64,000 bases of DNA, taken from assembly GCA_900538705.1 (NCBI GenBank), contig UPZG01000006.1, positions 22,865 to 86,864 on the forward strand. Reading direction: 5' to 3'. This DNA is from an uncultured Porphyromonadaceae bacterium. Lineage in GTDB: Bacteria > Bacteroidota > Bacteroidia > Bacteroidales > Barnesiellaceae_A. A program made the translations under genes and the position numbers. The notes under the pieces were generated by a model. It did no database searches, was not told the origin of the DNA, and saw nothing but the letters and a program-made list of their open reading frames with translations. Shown here one piece after another: positions 26,765-37,887 of the stretch. Numbering within the stretch: the first letter of the stretch is position 1; every line of letters begins with the position of its first letter.

Positions 26765-28525
26765 ATGTCGTCGTTGCAACGTTCTATACGAAACGTTATA
26801 GCTTCTATTGAGGCGCATCCTCGTACCAGTATGTGGTGTACGGCGTTGTTTGCCGTAGCATACTATTTGATAGTGGCGTTGCAAGGACTTGACTATGCCG
26901 ACGAAGGCTTTTCGTTGACATTCTATCAACAAATCTTCTCTCATCCCGAGGATGTAGAATATCTTTTCCTTTACTATTTGACAGGCCTGTTAGGTGGCGT
27001 ATGGGAGTCACTTTTCGGGCAATGGGGAAATTACGGTTTCCGTGTGCTGTTTGCAATCGTGTCGGGGTGCAATGTGCTTGTTGCATTCTCTATTTTGCGG
27101 CGTTACTTGCCTGTATTGACCGTTGTGCTTGGTTGTCTTGCTTCTGTCTTGTGGCCAGGCTTGTGTTTGTATTATTTCAATCACGATTGTCTGACAGTAC
27201 TGTTGTTTTTGCTTTCGGTATGGGCATTGTTACGTGGAATAGAACAAAATCCACGTTGGCTCTATCTTGCCGGCTTTTTACTGATGCTCAACGCATTTAC
27301 CCGTTTGCCTAATGTTACAGCTTTTGTCTTGGTGCTGTTGCCGTTGGTAGAGGCAATGTATTCGGGGGCTCACTGGCGGGCTGCTGCAAACATGCTGCGC
27401 ATTGTAGTTGGTATGTTTGTCGGTTTAGCGGTGATGTGTGGTGTAATGTTTCTGTTGGGACATCAGTCGGTTTTCTTGTCCTCATTGGAGTCGTTGTTTG
27501 TTATGAGTGGCGACAGTTCCGATACGCATAGTATCACAAATCTCCTTTCGAGCTATGCCTATGCCTATAAAAGTATTATAACCATAACGATATATGGATT
27601 TCTGGTTGCATTGGTATATGTAGCCGGTACACAACTGATAAAGATCAAAGGAATTACGCTGATAGCTGGCGTTTGTTGTGTAGTGTTGCTTTATGGATTG
27701 TTGTCGCGCAATGCATACGGTATGTGGGGCGCAGTGGTGTCGGGGTCGATCATATATACACTGAGCCGTTATAAAAGCTGCCAGCATGTATTGTTAGGAA
27801 TATCTTCGTTGGTTTTCCTGCTTTTGATACCTATGGGTGGCGACTCTTACTATAATGTATGCAATTCTTGCCTGTGGTTGGGAATGCCTTTGTTGGTGAG
27901 CCTCTTCAGACAACCTGTCAAGTGGGAGGTTTCCTTCAAAGATGGTTATTCGCGGATATGGCGTATAGGATTGAATATTGTAAACAAACGGCATCTTTGT
28001 TATATTGCCGGTGTAACTTTCCTCGTTTGTGTAGTGATGCAGAGTGACTGCTATTTTGACAATGGTAGCAAGTTGTATAAGCGTTTCCGTCCGCACACGG
28101 TTGGTCTTGTGACGACATACACGACTCGCGAGCGGGCAGAAATTACTGACGATGTAGTTGCAGCCATCAAGGCTCATAAGATTGAGGGCGATTATCTCCT
28201 GGTCTTTGATAATGCTCCCATGTTGCATTATCTGACAGGGTTGAAACCCTATTTAGGTTCTCCATGGGGAACGTTTTGGGGAGAAAATATGTTTGAGGAT
28301 CAACTGTTCCGTTCAGAAAACAGTTCTCGCCCATTACCTTTGATAGCCGTGCCCCGGTTTTATTATGAAGATTTGTCTCCTGTAGATTATTTCGATGTTA
28401 CCGAATGGCCTCGAATGGCGGGTAAAGCCAAAGTATTGTTACGTTTTATGAGGCGTAATGGATATCGAGAAGTTTATTCAGACCCTTACATTTTGCTATA
28501 TGTGCCGTATGACGGTGTTGTATAG
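26765..28525 (+). CDS. polytopic membrane protein, GT-C-like (ArnT/PMT-type) glycosyltransferase candidate
   Basis: 586 aa with about 10 or more hydrophobic helices in the first ~400 aa. An acidic motif YADEG follows the first helix, and a soluble C-terminal domain follows the membrane part. This is a fold-level guess only. Confidence 0.55.
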   Translation: MSSLQRSIRNVIASIEAHPRTSMWCTALFAVAYYLIVALQGLDYADEGFSLTFYQQIFSHPEDVEYLFLYYLTGLLGGVWESLFGQWGNYGFRVLFAIVSGCNVLVAFSILRRYLPVLTVVLGCLASVLWPGLCLYYFNHDCLTVLLFLLSVWALLRGIEQNPRWLYLAGFLLMLNAFTRLPNVTAFVLVLLPLVEAMYSGAHWRAAANMLRIVVGMFVGLAVMCGVMFLLGHQSVFLSSLESLFVMSGDSSDTHSITNLLSSYAYAYKSIITITIYGFLVALVYVAGTQLIKIKGITLIAGVCCVVLLYGLLSRNAYGMWGAVVSGSIIYTLSRYKSCQHVLLGISSLVFLLLIPMGGDSYYNVCNSCLWLGMPLLVSLFRQPVKWEVSFKDGYSRIWRIGLNIVNKRHLCYIAGVTFLVCVVMQSDCYFDNGSKLYKRFRPHTVGLVTTYTTRERAEITDDVVAAIKAHKIEGDYLLVFDNAPMLHYLTGLKPYLGSPWGTFWGENMFEDQLFRSENSSRPLPLIAVPRFYYEDLSPVDYFDVTEWPRMAGKAKVLLRFMRRNGYREVYSDPYILLYVPYDGVV

Positions 28526-28550
28526 GAGGTTTTAATTGTTTTGGCAACAA

Positions 28551-28598
28551 AATCAATCAGGCGGCTCGATTACTTCAAATCGAGCCGCCTGATTGATT
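28551..28598. terminator. bidirectional terminator between the convergent GT-C-like gene and valS
   Basis: Arms AATCAATCAGGCGGCTCGATT and AATCGAGCCGCCTGATTGATT form a 21-bp perfect stem with a 6-nt loop. Confidence 0.7.
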
Positions 28599-28625
28599 AT
28601 TGCGCATTATGAATAAAGCGTGCCG

Positions 28626-31256
28626 TTACTTACGAAGCTCGGCGATGCGTTCTTCTATCGATTTTATTTTGCTTTCGGCATCGGCTTTCTTCTTGCGTTC
28701 TAGCGCTACAACCTTTTCAGGTGCATTGTTTACAAAGCGTTCGTTGTTGAGTTTACCCATCACGGTGCGCAAGAATCCTTGCATGTATTGCAAGTCGGCT
28801 TCGAGTTTTTTCAGTTCGGCTTCAACGTCGATATTGTTACCCAATGGTACTGCATACTCGGTAGTGCCAACGAGGAATGTTGCCGAGTTGGCATCCTTTT
28901 CGGTAACGCGGTCTATTTGGGAGAGGTTCGAGAGTTTGGCAATAATACTATTGTTAGTGTCGTCGTGTAAGCCATTGATTATTTGTAATGTCAGTGACTC
29001 CCGGTTGGCAATATTCTTTTGCAGACGGATGGTGCGTATGCCCGAGATAATCTGCTTCGTTGTTTCAAATAGTGTTATTACATGAGCATCATAAGCCTTA
29101 GGTTCCGGCATATGGGCAATCATGATGCTCTCGCCCTCTTGACGTGTAGCAAGGTGTTGCCATAACTCTTCGGTAATGAAGGGCATGAAGGGTTGCAGTA
29201 TGCGCAGCATGGCATCGAAAAATTCGATTGTACGCTTGTAGGTGGTAGCATCGATAGGTTGCTGGTAGGCCGGTTTTACGGCTTCGAGGTACCACGATGA
29301 AAATTCATCCCAGAACAGTTTGTAGGCTGCCATTAAAGCCTCGGAAAGACGGAATTTCGAGAACAGGTCTTGTATCTCTTCGAGTGTTTGCGACAATTTC
29401 GCATCGAACCATGTGGCTGCGATAGCGGCACTTTGAGGTTGGGTAAGGGTGTTATCTACTTGCCACCCTTTGACGAGGCGGAAAGCATTCCATATCTTGT
29501 TGCAGAAATTGCGCCCTTGTTCACAGAGGCTATCATCGTAGAGTATGTCGTTGCCGGCAGGGGCAGCAAGCATCAGTCCCATACGTACGCCATCGGCTCC
29601 GAAACGTTCTATCAATTCAAGGGCGTCGGGCGAGTTGCCAAGTGACTTCGACATTTTACGACCGATTTTGTCGCGTACGATACCGGTGAAATATACGTTG
29701 CGGAACGGTGGCTGGTGACGATACTCATACCCGGCCATAATCATACGGGCTACCCAGAAGAAAATGATATCGGGAGCGGTTACAAGGTCGCTGGTAGGAT
29801 AATAATAGTTTATTTCTTTGTTGTCGGGGTCGTTAATCCCGTTGAATAGCGAGATAGGCCATAGCCACGACGAGAACCAGGTATCCAAGCAGCTTTCGTC
29901 TTGCCGCAGGTCGGAAAGTTGTAAGTCGGGGTTTTGAGTTTTTGCCCGTGCTTCTTCAAGAGCTTTCTCGGGAGTCTCGGCTACCACAAATCCTCCTTCG
30001 GGTAAGAAATAAGCTGGGATACGGTGTCCCCACCATAGTTGGCGCGAGATACACCAATCCTTGATGTTCTCCATCCAGTGACGGTATGTATTCTTAAATT
30101 TGGCCGGGTAGAACTTGATGTCGTCGTTCATTACGGCATCGAGGGCGGGACGTGCCAGGCCTTCCATTTTGAGGAACCACTGCATAGAAAGCTTCGGTTC
30201 TATTACTACGTTGGTACGTTCGCTATAACCTACCTTGTTGTCGTAATCTTCTACTTTTTCGAGCAATCCGGCTTTTTCGAGGTCGATAGCAATTTGCTTG
30301 CGCACATCAAAGCGGTCTAAGCCTACATACATGCCGCCTGCTTCGCTTATGGTGCCATTGTCGTTGAAAATGTCTATAGAAGGCAGATTGTGTTTCTCGC
30401 CCAGCATGTAGTCGTTTACGTCGTGAGCGGGAGTAACTTTCAGACAGCCTGTACCGAATTCCATCTCTACATAGTCGTCGGCGATAACCGGTACTGCACG
30501 GTTTATCAGGGGTACGATAACTCGTTTGCCTTTGAGCCAAGTGTAACGTTGGTCATCGGGATGTACGCATACTGCTGTATCACCAAGGATAGTCTCGGGG
30601 CGAGTTGTAGCCACTACGATATAGCGGTCGCTACCTTCTACAAAATAACGCAGATAGTAGAGCTTGCTGTGTTCGTTTTTGTAGATTACCTCTTCATCAG
30701 AAAGTGCAGTGAGAGCCTTCGGGTCCCAGTTTACCATGCGTACACCGCGGTATATCAATCCCTTCTTGTATAAATCGACAAATACGCTGATGACACTCTG
30801 GGAGCGTTCTTCGTCCATTGTAAAGGCTGTTCGTGACCAATCGCACGATGCTCCCAGCTTTTGCAACTGCTTGAGGATGATGCCGCCATGTTCCTCTTTC
30901 CATGCCCAGGCATGACGAAGAAATTCTTCGCGGGTAAGGTCGTTTTTCTTGATGCCTTGTGCTGCAAGTTTTGCTACAACTTTAGCTTCAGTAGCGATAG
31001 ATGCATGGTCGGTACCAGGTACCCAGCAGGCATTTTTGCCTTCCATGCGGGCACGGCGAACAAGAATATCTTGTATGGTGTTGTTCAGCATGTGTCCCAT
31101 ATGCAGTATACCGGTGACATTGGGCGGTGGAATAACCACTGTGTAAGGCTCGCGCCCGTCGGGTTTCGACTCGAATAGTTTATGTTCCAACCAGTAAGCA
31201 TACCATTTGGATTCTACCTCACCGGGAATGTACTTAGTCGCTAGTTCTTCGCTCAT
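28626..31256 (-). CDS. valS: valine--tRNA ligase
   Basis: 876 aa. HIGH-type motif [18 protein letters not shown] motif KMSKSLGN, and a C-terminal coiled coil. Confidence 0.97.
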   Translation of the reverse strand: MSEELATKYIPGEVESKWYAYWLEHKLFESKPDGREPYTVVIPPPNVTGILHMGHMLNNTIQDILVRRARMEGKNACWVPGTDHASIATEAKVVAKLAAQGIKKNDLTREEFLRHAWAWKEEHGGIILKQLQKLGASCDWSRTAFTMDEERSQSVISVFVDLYKKGLIYRGVRMVNWDPKALTALSDEEVIYKNEHSKLYYLRYFVEGSDRYIVVATTRPETILGDTAVCVHPDDQRYTWLKGKRVIVPLINRAVPVIADDYVEMEFGTGCLKVTPAHDVNDYMLGEKHNLPSIDIFNDNGTISEAGGMYVGLDRFDVRKQIAIDLEKAGLLEKVEDYDNKVGYSERTNVVIEPKLSMQWFLKMEGLARPALDAVMNDDIKFYPAKFKNTYRHWMENIKDWCISRQLWWGHRIPAYFLPEGGFVVAETPEKALEEARAKTQNPDLQLSDLRQDESCLDTWFSSWLWPISLFNGINDPDNKEINYYYPTSDLVTAPDIIFFWVARMIMAGYEYRHQPPFRNVYFTGIVRDKIGRKMSKSLGNSPDALELIERFGADGVRMGLMLAAPAGNDILYDDSLCEQGRNFCNKIWNAFRLVKGWQVDNTLTQPQSAAIAATWFDAKLSQTLEEIQDLFSKFRLSEALMAAYKLFWDEFSSWYLEAVKPAYQQPIDATTYKRTIEFFDAMLRILQPFMPFITEELWQHLATRQEGESIMIAHMPEPKAYDAHVITLFETTKQIISGIRTIRLQKNIANRESLTLQIINGLHDDTNNSIIAKLSNLSQIDRVTEKDANSATFLVGTTEYAVPLGNNIDVEAELKKLEADLQYMQGFLRTVMGKLNNERFVNNAPEKVVALERKKKADAESKIKSIEERIAELRK

Positions 31257-31308
31257 GCTTCTATTTTTTAGAATAGTTCTTTTATTTTCGTTTTGTGATA
31301 AAATCGTG

Positions 31309-31316
31309 CAAATTTA
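31309..31316 (-). promoter_or_regulatory. -7 promoter box TAaaTTTG for valS
   Basis: The plus strand reads caaattta. It lies 53 nt upstream of the ATG at 31256. Confidence 0.4.
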
Positions 31317-31468
31317 CAAATTATCTCTCGTATTTGTAGGAGGTAACGGGTTAAAATTAGGTAGACGTTTCTGATATGGCGCTCAATCGAAAAATATTGT
31401 TGTGCGTTTATATAGGTCGAGGTAAAATGGCAATGCAGGTTGTTATATATAGGCATGGTGTATCATAA

Positions 31469-31512
31469 AATAAGACCACATCCTGTAGCAATAGCAGTAG
31501 ATTGTGGTCTTA
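31469..31512 (-). terminator. hairpin terminator downstream of the 31619..32062 gene
   Basis: Arms ATAAGACCACA and TGTGGTCTTAT are flanked by A and T runs on both sides. Confidence 0.55.
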
Positions 31513-31618
31513 TTTTATAATAGAAAATAACTTTTTGCCTTTTATATACCCTATGATATGCCTCTATATATCATGGGCGTAGCAAGAGGTATGTAACTGT
31601 CGTATCGGTTGTAGCCAG

Positions 31619-32062
31619 CTACTTCGACGAGAGAATTCCGTCGACGATAAATTCACTGTAACCACGCCAAGGTACTACACCATGATATTCTTTGTAACTG
31701 AGTTCTACCGTTTTGCCGCTCATACGCATGAGTTTTTTTGCCAACTCTTCATCTTCGATAGAGAAAAGAAAAGAATTGGATTGTAATTGCCCTTGCGTGC
31801 GCGACTCGATACCTTCCATGATGAGCTTGCCTTCATATGTTTTGAAGATATCGCCTTTCAGTACGACGTAGTTGAGTGTTCCGCTTTTAACTCCCGAACC
31901 AAAAACAAAGAAGTAGTGCCAATATATGTAACCACCTGCGATGAGGATGAGTACTATAAGGAGGCCACAACCCCAGTTGCGTAGGGTTCGTTTTATTTTT
32001 TGCCCTGTTGTTCTTTGTTGTTGGGTGGGCGTTTGTTCAGGCATTGACGTATTCGTTTCCAT
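31619..32062 (-). CDS. membrane-anchored hypothetical protein
   Basis: 147 aa. A polar N-terminus is followed by a single TM (WGCGLLIVLILIAGGYIYWHYFFVF) and a ~90-aa soluble domain. No family recognised. Confidence 0.6.
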   Translation of the reverse strand: METNTSMPEQTPTQQQRTTGQKIKRTLRNWGCGLLIVLILIAGGYIYWHYFFVFGSGVKSGTLNYVVLKGDIFKTYEGKLIMEGIESRTQGQLQSNSFLFSIEDEELAKKLMRMSGKTVELSYKEYHGVVPWRGYSEFIVDGILSSK

Positions 32063-32077
32063 TTAGACAGATTGTTA

Positions 32078-33547
32078 TTAGTCATTTGTAGGGATGTGTG
32101 CCAATGTTGCGCATACGATGTCCCAGAAATTTTGTACAGAGGTTATGTTGACACGTTCCTGGGGCGAGTGTGGATGCTCTATAGTCGGGCCGAATGAAAT
32201 CATGTCCAAACCCGGATATGCAGCCCCTATGATGCCGCATTCAAGTCCCGCATGCATCATCTTTACCTCGGCTTTACGACCAATAATCTCGGGATAGAGA
32301 GGTAGCATGGTGTGCAGGATACCAGATTGCAAGTTGGGCTCCCAGCCAGGGTATGCTCCATCGAAGGTTACTTTAGCGCCGGCCAAAGCAAAAGCGCTTT
32401 CTATCTCTGATGCAAGTGTATATTTTTGTGTTTCGCTGGAGCTGCGAGCTAAAATCTTTACGTTGGCAACACCCGAGTTGGCTGTAACGATAGCAAGGTT
32501 TGACGATGTTTCCACTACGTCGGGGGCATCGGGTATCATACGGTATACACCGTTGTGACAAGCATTAATGGCGTTGATGAGGTCGTCTTGCGCAGGCTCT
32601 GGCATCAGTTTGTCAGGCATATCGGTTGGGGTAGCCGTAAAGGTGAGCCCCGTTTCTATAAATCCGTATTCGTGTTGTAAGGTTTCGCCGAAGTTCTCGA
32701 CAAACGAGAGGAATTTGCGTTCTCTTACACGAGGAATAACTACAACGGCTTCTGCTTCACGAGGAATGGCGTTGCGCAGGGTGCCACCGGTATAAGATGC
32801 AAGACGCGCACTATAGCATCCTACTGCTATTTTCAGGAAACGGAACATCGCTTTGTTGGCATTGAGACGTCCTAAGTTAATATCCAGTCCTGAGTGTCCG
32901 CCTAACAGTCCGCCCAAGGTTACCTTGTAGGCAAGAGAGTCGTCGAGGTGGGCCGACTCTTTTTCCTGATAGCGGAATTCGGCCTCAATGTCCAATCCTC
33001 CGGCGCAGCTCATATATAGTTCCCCGTTGCTTTCAGAGTCTAAATTAAGCAGTATTTTGCCTTTCAGAGTTTCAGGTTCAAGGCCTTTGGCTCCGTACAT
33101 ACCAGTCTCTTCGTCGCGGGTAATGAGAGCCTCTATAGGTCCGTGTGGCAGGTCGGTAGCTTCCAAAACGGCAAGAATTGTCGATACACCTATGCCATTA
33201 TCGGCACCTAAGGTAGTGTCGGTGGCCATAACCCAATCGTCGACAATGCGTGGTACGATAGGGTCGGTCTCGAAGTTGTGTTTTACGTTTTTGTTGGCTT
33301 GCGGAACCATATCCATGTGACCTTGTAAAATGACACCTTGGCGGTTTTCCATACCCGGAGTGGCGGGCTTGCGTATGACGACATTTCCAGCGTTGTCGCG
33401 GAACGATTCTAATCCTAACTGCTTACCAACGCCCAGTAAATAGTCGGCGATGGCTTCGGTGTGTCCCGAAGGGTGCGGAATGTTGCAAATGGCGGCAAAG
33501 TGCTTCCAGATAGCCTGCGGATTGAGGTCGGTGATTTGTTTTGTCAT
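32078..33547 (-). CDS. pepD: aminoacyl-histidine (Xaa-His) dipeptidase, M20C
   Basis: 489 aa. The N-terminus ...IWKHFAAICNIPHPSGHTEAIADYL, together with LQGHMDMVPQ and ITRDEETGMYGA, matches the PepD pattern. Confidence 0.92.
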   Translation of the reverse strand: MTKQITDLNPQAIWKHFAAICNIPHPSGHTEAIADYLLGVGKQLGLESFRDNAGNVVIRKPATPGMENRQGVILQGHMDMVPQANKNVKHNFETDPIVPRIVDDWVMATDTTLGADNGIGVSTILAVLEATDLPHGPIEALITRDEETGMYGAKGLEPETLKGKILLNLDSESNGELYMSCAGGLDIEAEFRYQEKESAHLDDSLAYKVTLGGLLGGHSGLDINLGRLNANKAMFRFLKIAVGCYSARLASYTGGTLRNAIPREAEAVVVIPRVRERKFLSFVENFGETLQHEYGFIETGLTFTATPTDMPDKLMPEPAQDDLINAINACHNGVYRMIPDAPDVVETSSNLAIVTANSGVANVKILARSSSETQKYTLASEIESAFALAGAKVTFDGAYPGWEPNLQSGILHTMLPLYPEIIGRKAEVKMMHAGLECGIIGAAYPGLDMISFGPTIEHPHSPQERVNITSVQNFWDIVCATLAHIPTND

Positions 33548-33581
33548 AATAATTTAAATCCTTCGTGTTATGTAATGGAGT

Positions 33582-34598
33582 TTATTCGGTAGAACAATCG
33601 TTTGCTGCGATTGGTTTGCCGTGTCGTCTATCGGCAAATATAGCGATTGTGGTGTATATTCCCAACAAAATAGTTACTATCATTTGTGTACCGTGTGCCA
33701 CAAGGGCAAAAGCACCGGCTTTTTCCTGTCCTATGCCGTATATGGATAGTCCGAAGATGACAGCTGCATGCCAAGGTCCTATGCCTCCTTGTACGGGAAT
33801 AAGCATGCCTATGCTGCCTAATACGAAGAGAACAAGTGCCTGCATGATGCCTAAATCATGCATCCAGTCGAATGCAAAAAAGCAGAAGTAAAGTTGTAAC
33901 AGGTAGCACCCCCATATAAGTATTGTGTATATGAGAAATTGAACTTTACCTTGCATAGAGTTTATGGTACGTATGCCTTCCCATACTTTAGCAAGTATGT
34001 TTTTAGCTTTATGTATCCACTTGTTGTTGCTTTTGCCTATCGCAAGCCAAGCCACGGCGATGACAATAGCGGCTATGATAATGTATGGCCACGGCGAGGT
34101 TATCATGGCATGTAAGTTCGACTGTATTTGGGGATAGGTATGTAGCAGGCTGTATAGAACACTTATCTGTGATAAGAAAACAGTAGCCGTGATGACAATG
34201 ACCATAACCATATCGGCCAGTCGGTCACTGACTACAGAACCTAAGATGCGTGAAAAGGATGTGTTTTCGTGATTAGCCAGATATGTACAGCGCCAAAGTT
34301 CGCCGAAACGAGGTAGTATGAGGTTAAAGGCGTATGTGCCGAAGATGGCATTGCAAATAGTACCGAATGTAGGCTCTATGTTCAATGCCCGCAATTGCAG
34401 CCTCCATCGCAGTGCGCGAAGCAGAAAGCTGCATACGCCTATGAGCATCGAGCAGACTATCCAAAAGAGGTTCATATCGGTTTGCAGGATAGAGAGTATG
34501 ACGTTAAAGTCGAACTGCCGGTACAATAGGACGAATATGCCTACCCCTAAGATAAGGGGTAAAACATACTTGATGATATATGAGAGGATTCTTTTCAA
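33582..34598 (-). CDS. flippase-like / lysylphosphatidylglycerol-synthase TM-region family membrane protein (UPF0104)
   Basis: The maximal ORF 33582..34712 begins at a TTG that overlaps a TAtcTTTG -7 box at 34710-34717, so the start must be further downstream. The in-frame TTG at 34598 gives MKRILSYIIKYVLPLILGVGIFVLLYRQFD, typical of this family. The start remains uncertain. Confidence 0.65.
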   Translation of the reverse strand: MKRILSYIIKYVLPLILGVGIFVLLYRQFDFNVILSILQTDMNLFWIVCSMLIGVCSFLLRALRWRLQLRALNIEPTFGTICNAIFGTYAFNLILPRFGELWRCTYLANHENTSFSRILGSVVSDRLADMVMVIVITATVFLSQISVLYSLLHTYPQIQSNLHAMITSPWPYIIIAAIVIAVAWLAIGKSNNKWIHKAKNILAKVWEGIRTINSMQGKVQFLIYTILIWGCYLLQLYFCFFAFDWMHDLGIMQALVLFVLGSIGMLIPVQGGIGPWHAAVIFGLSIYGIGQEKAGAFALVAHGTQMIVTILLGIYTTIAIFADRRHGKPIAANDCSTE

Positions 34599-34775
34599 AG
34601 TTCGATATTTCCAAATAATATTGTAAATTTGCGCTTCGTGAGGAGAAATAGTTGCTCGTTGGCCGAACGTTATCGGTAACGGATACAAATATCTGCCGCG
34701 ATTGCGAAACAAAGATACGGGTTTTCTTCTAACCCGGTTCTGTTTTGATATACAAATATGTGAGCCGTCTGTGAT

Positions 34776-34783
34776 TATATTTG
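34776..34783 (+). promoter_or_regulatory. -7 promoter box TAtaTTTG for rsmA-mgtE
   Basis: It lies 17 nt upstream of the ATG at 34800. Confidence 0.4.
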
Positions 34784-34799
34784 ATTAACATATAAACGC

Positions 34800-35615
34800 A
34801 TGTCAGTGAAGAGAACGATACCTGCCGTGAAGCCCAAAAAATATTTGGGACAGCATTTCCTTAAAGATGAGGATATAGCTTGTCGTATAGCTGCTACGCT
34901 TGACGAGTATCGTTCGCTCCCGGTGTTGGAGATAGGCCCTGGCATGGGGGTGCTTACACGTCCTTTGCTGGATAGAGGACATGATTTGACGGTGGTAGAA
35001 CTTGACGTTGAGTCGGTAGAATACCTTACTCGCCATTTCCCCGAGTTGGAAGGTCGTATATTGTCGGCCGATTTTCTCAGGTGCGATTTATCGGCCATAT
35101 TCCCCGGCGATTTCTGTGTAATAGGTAATTATCCATATAATATATCGAGTCAGATATTTTTTAAGGTACTCGATTACAAAGACCGTATACCCTGTTGTAG
35201 CGGAATGATACAGAAGGAGGTTGCCGAGCGCCTGGCATCGCCGCCGGGAAACAAGTCGTATGGTATATTGAGCGTGTTGCTGCAAGCCTGGTATGACATT
35301 GAATACCTTTTTACTGTCTCGGAGGAAGTCTTTTTGCCGCCGCCCAAAGTAAAGTCGGCCGTCATACGCATGACTCGTAATAGTCGTACAACCTTGGGTT
35401 GCGACGAGACGCTTTTCAAACGAGTTGTGAAAACCGCTTTCAATCAGCGCCGCAAGACGTTACGAAATTCATTGAGTCAGATATTGAGTAAGGAACTTAT
35501 GGACGACGTTGCCTATAACAGACGTCCCGAGGAGTTGTCGGTAGAGGAGTTTATATCCCTTACACGTACGGTCGAAGAGGCCAAGCGTGCTGAAAACGAG
35601 AGTAACGGTAGATAA
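34800..35615 (+). CDS. rsmA: 16S rRNA (adenine1518/1519-N6)-dimethyltransferase
   Basis: 271 aa. PKKYLGQHFL, the SAM motif VLEIGPGMGVLT, and GNYPYNISS. Confidence 0.93.
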   Translation: MSVKRTIPAVKPKKYLGQHFLKDEDIACRIAATLDEYRSLPVLEIGPGMGVLTRPLLDRGHDLTVVELDVESVEYLTRHFPELEGRILSADFLRCDLSAIFPGDFCVIGNYPYNISSQIFFKVLDYKDRIPCCSGMIQKEVAERLASPPGNKSYGILSVLLQAWYDIEYLFTVSEEVFLPPPKVKSAVIRMTRNSRTTLGCDETLFKRVVKTAFNQRRKTLRNSLSQILSKELMDDVAYNRRPEELSVEEFISLTRTVEEAKRAENESNGR

Positions 35616-35629
35616 ATACAAACAAAAAG

Positions 35630-36976
35630 ATGGAGCAATTTTCACAAGATTATATCAGGGAGTTCCGTACCATTATCGATAATAAAGATAAGGACCGTGC
35701 ACTGGAACTACTGAATGAATTGCACCCTGCCGATATAGCAGCGTTGTATCAAGAGCTCGACTTGGATGAAGCTGAGTTTGTATATCTTTTGCTCGATGCC
35801 GATAAGGCGGCCGATGTGTTGCTCGAACTAGACGAGGATGACCGTCGTAAGATGCTCAAACAATTGCCTGTAGATGTGATTGCCAAGCAATTCATCGACC
35901 ATATGGATTCTGACGATGCCGTGGATGTGATACGTGACCTCGATGAGGATGCTCAGGAGGAGATTTTGTCACACATCGACGATGTTGAGCAGGCAGGCGA
36001 TATTGTAGACCTGTTGAAGTACGATGAAGATACCGCCGGTGGTATTATGGGTACTGAGATGGTTATTGTAAACGAGAACTGGAGTATGCCTGAGTGTCTC
36101 AGCGAGATGCGCAAGCAGGCCGAGACGATGGACGAGATATATTATGTGTATGTCGTCGATGATGATGAGCGGTTGCGAGGTATCTTCCCGTTGAAAAAGA
36201 TGATAACCAATCCTAATGCCTCGAAGATAAAGCATGTCATGGAGAAAGACCCTATCTCGGTAAAAACTGATACGTCGATAGAGGAGGTGGCGCAAATCAT
36301 AGAGAAGTACGATATTGTAGCTGTACCTGTCGTAGACAGTATAGGCCGGTTGGTGGGACGTATTACCGTAGACGATGTGATGGATGAGGTACGTGAGCAA
36401 TCGGAGCGTGACTATCAGTTGGCTTCGGGTATCTCGCAAGATGTAGAGAGCGCCGATAATGTATTTACACAAACATCGGCGCGCTTGCCTTGGCTGCTCA
36501 TAGGAATATGTGGCGGTATTGCCAGTGCCGCTATCTTGGGCGGCTTTAAGGGCAGTTTTGCCGCCAATCCGGCGTTGGCTCTTTTCATTCCGCTTATAGG
36601 TGGTACCGGTGGTAATGTGGGTATACAGTCATCGGCTATCGTAGTACAAGGTCTGGCCAATGGCACACTCGACATTAAGCATGCTGGACAACAGCTGGTA
36701 AAAGAGGGTGGGGTAGCACTTATCAATGCAGCTATCATATCGTTGCTGGTATTTTTGTATAATTGGTTTTTTATGGGTAACAATCTTATTACGGCGGCTG
36801 TGTCGTTGTCGCTGCTTGCCGTAGTATTGTTTGCGTCTATATTTGGTACAATAGTTCCTCTTACGTTAGAGAGGTTTAAAATAGATCCTGCATTGGCCAC
36901 AGGGCCGTTTATCTCTATAACGAATGACATCATAGGCGTACTCATTTATATGGGCGTATGTGAGTTACTGTTGTAA
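35630..36976 (+). CDS. mgtE: magnesium transporter MgtE
   Basis: 448 aa. An acidic N-domain is followed by tandem CBS domains and a C-terminal TM domain with PLIGGTGGNVGIQS and ATGPFISITNDIIG. Confidence 0.95.
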   Translation: MEQFSQDYIREFRTIIDNKDKDRALELLNELHPADIAALYQELDLDEAEFVYLLLDADKAADVLLELDEDDRRKMLKQLPVDVIAKQFIDHMDSDDAVDVIRDLDEDAQEEILSHIDDVEQAGDIVDLLKYDEDTAGGIMGTEMVIVNENWSMPECLSEMRKQAETMDEIYYVYVVDDDERLRGIFPLKKMITNPNASKIKHVMEKDPISVKTDTSIEEVAQIIEKYDIVAVPVVDSIGRLVGRITVDDVMDEVREQSERDYQLASGISQDVESADNVFTQTSARLPWLLIGICGGIASAAILGGFKGSFAANPALALFIPLIGGTGGNVGIQSSAIVVQGLANGTLDIKHAGQQLVKEGGVALINAAIISLLVFLYNWFFMGNNLITAAVSLSLLAVVLFASIFGTIVPLTLERFKIDPALATGPFISITNDIIGVLIYMGVCELLL

Positions 36977-36999
36977 TACAAGGTAAAAAGAGTTGTATA

Positions 37000-37815
37000 A
37001 TGAAGAAAAATGTAATAGATATTGATGACGTTAAAACGTTAATCCCGCAATTACACAATGAAAGAGTTATAAAAATATTACTTGATGTGTTGCATGTAAC
37101 CGATGCCAATATCTTACATGCGAGGCATTGTGACAAGCAAGGAGCCGACTTTACCGATGCTATCTTGCATGATTTGGGCGTGACTTTACAAGTAGAACAT
37201 GCTGAACGATTACAACACTTGCCGGAAGGTGCTTTTGTGACAGTCTCCAACCACCCTTTTGGAGCTATTGACGGGCTTATTAATATCTCGCTTTTTGCTC
37301 GTCATCGACCCGAATATAAAGTAATGGTAAATCATATACTGACTTATATAGGAGCTATGCGTAATAACTTTATCGCTGTAGAACCTGTTCCATCAGAGGC
37401 GGGTAAGTCGGTGTCGATGAACGGCTTGCGCGAAGCTATACAACAGGTACGCAATGGGTATCCCATAGGTTTTTTCCCGGCCGGCGCTGTATCTAACCTT
37501 ACGTGGGGATTGAAGACGGAAGATCGCGAATGGCAACCCAACATCATGCGTCTTGTCCGTCAATTCAAGAAACCGGTTATCCCTATTCATTTTTATGGTC
37601 GCAATAGCTTATCGTTCTACTTCTTGCGTAACATATCTTGGAAGCTCAGCTCGTTGAGCCTCGCTACGCAACTGTTTAATAAACGGAATAAGACTATTCG
37701 TGTTTTTATAGGTGAAACGATACAGCCCGAGGAGTATGCACATATAGAGAATGATCATGAACTTGGTGCATTTTTCCGAGCCAAATCTTTTGCCTTACGT
37801 GACGAAATGAAATAA
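37000..37815 (+). CDS. PlsC-type (HX4D) lysophospholipid/lipid acyltransferase family protein
   Basis: 271 aa. NHPFGAIDG is the HX4D acyltransferase motif and FPAGAVS is the block III-like motif. Confidence 0.7.
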   Translation: MKKNVIDIDDVKTLIPQLHNERVIKILLDVLHVTDANILHARHCDKQGADFTDAILHDLGVTLQVEHAERLQHLPEGAFVTVSNHPFGAIDGLINISLFARHRPEYKVMVNHILTYIGAMRNNFIAVEPVPSEAGKSVSMNGLREAIQQVRNGYPIGFFPAGAVSNLTWGLKTEDREWQPNIMRLVRQFKKPVIPIHFYGRNSLSFYFLRNISWKLSSLSLATQLFNKRNKTIRVFIGETIQPEEYAHIENDHELGAFFRAKSFALRDEMK

Positions 37816-37859
37816 TTATAAAAATGTTGCTTTACGATAGGCCTGTGCAGTATTTTTAA

Positions 37860-37867
37860 TATTTTTG
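37860..37867 (+). promoter_or_regulatory. -7 promoter box TAttTTTG for the sigma-54 activator/lptE/secG cluster
   Basis: It lies 21 nt upstream of the ATG at 37888. Confidence 0.4.
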
Positions 37868-37887
37868 TAAAGGAATAAGGAGGTTTT

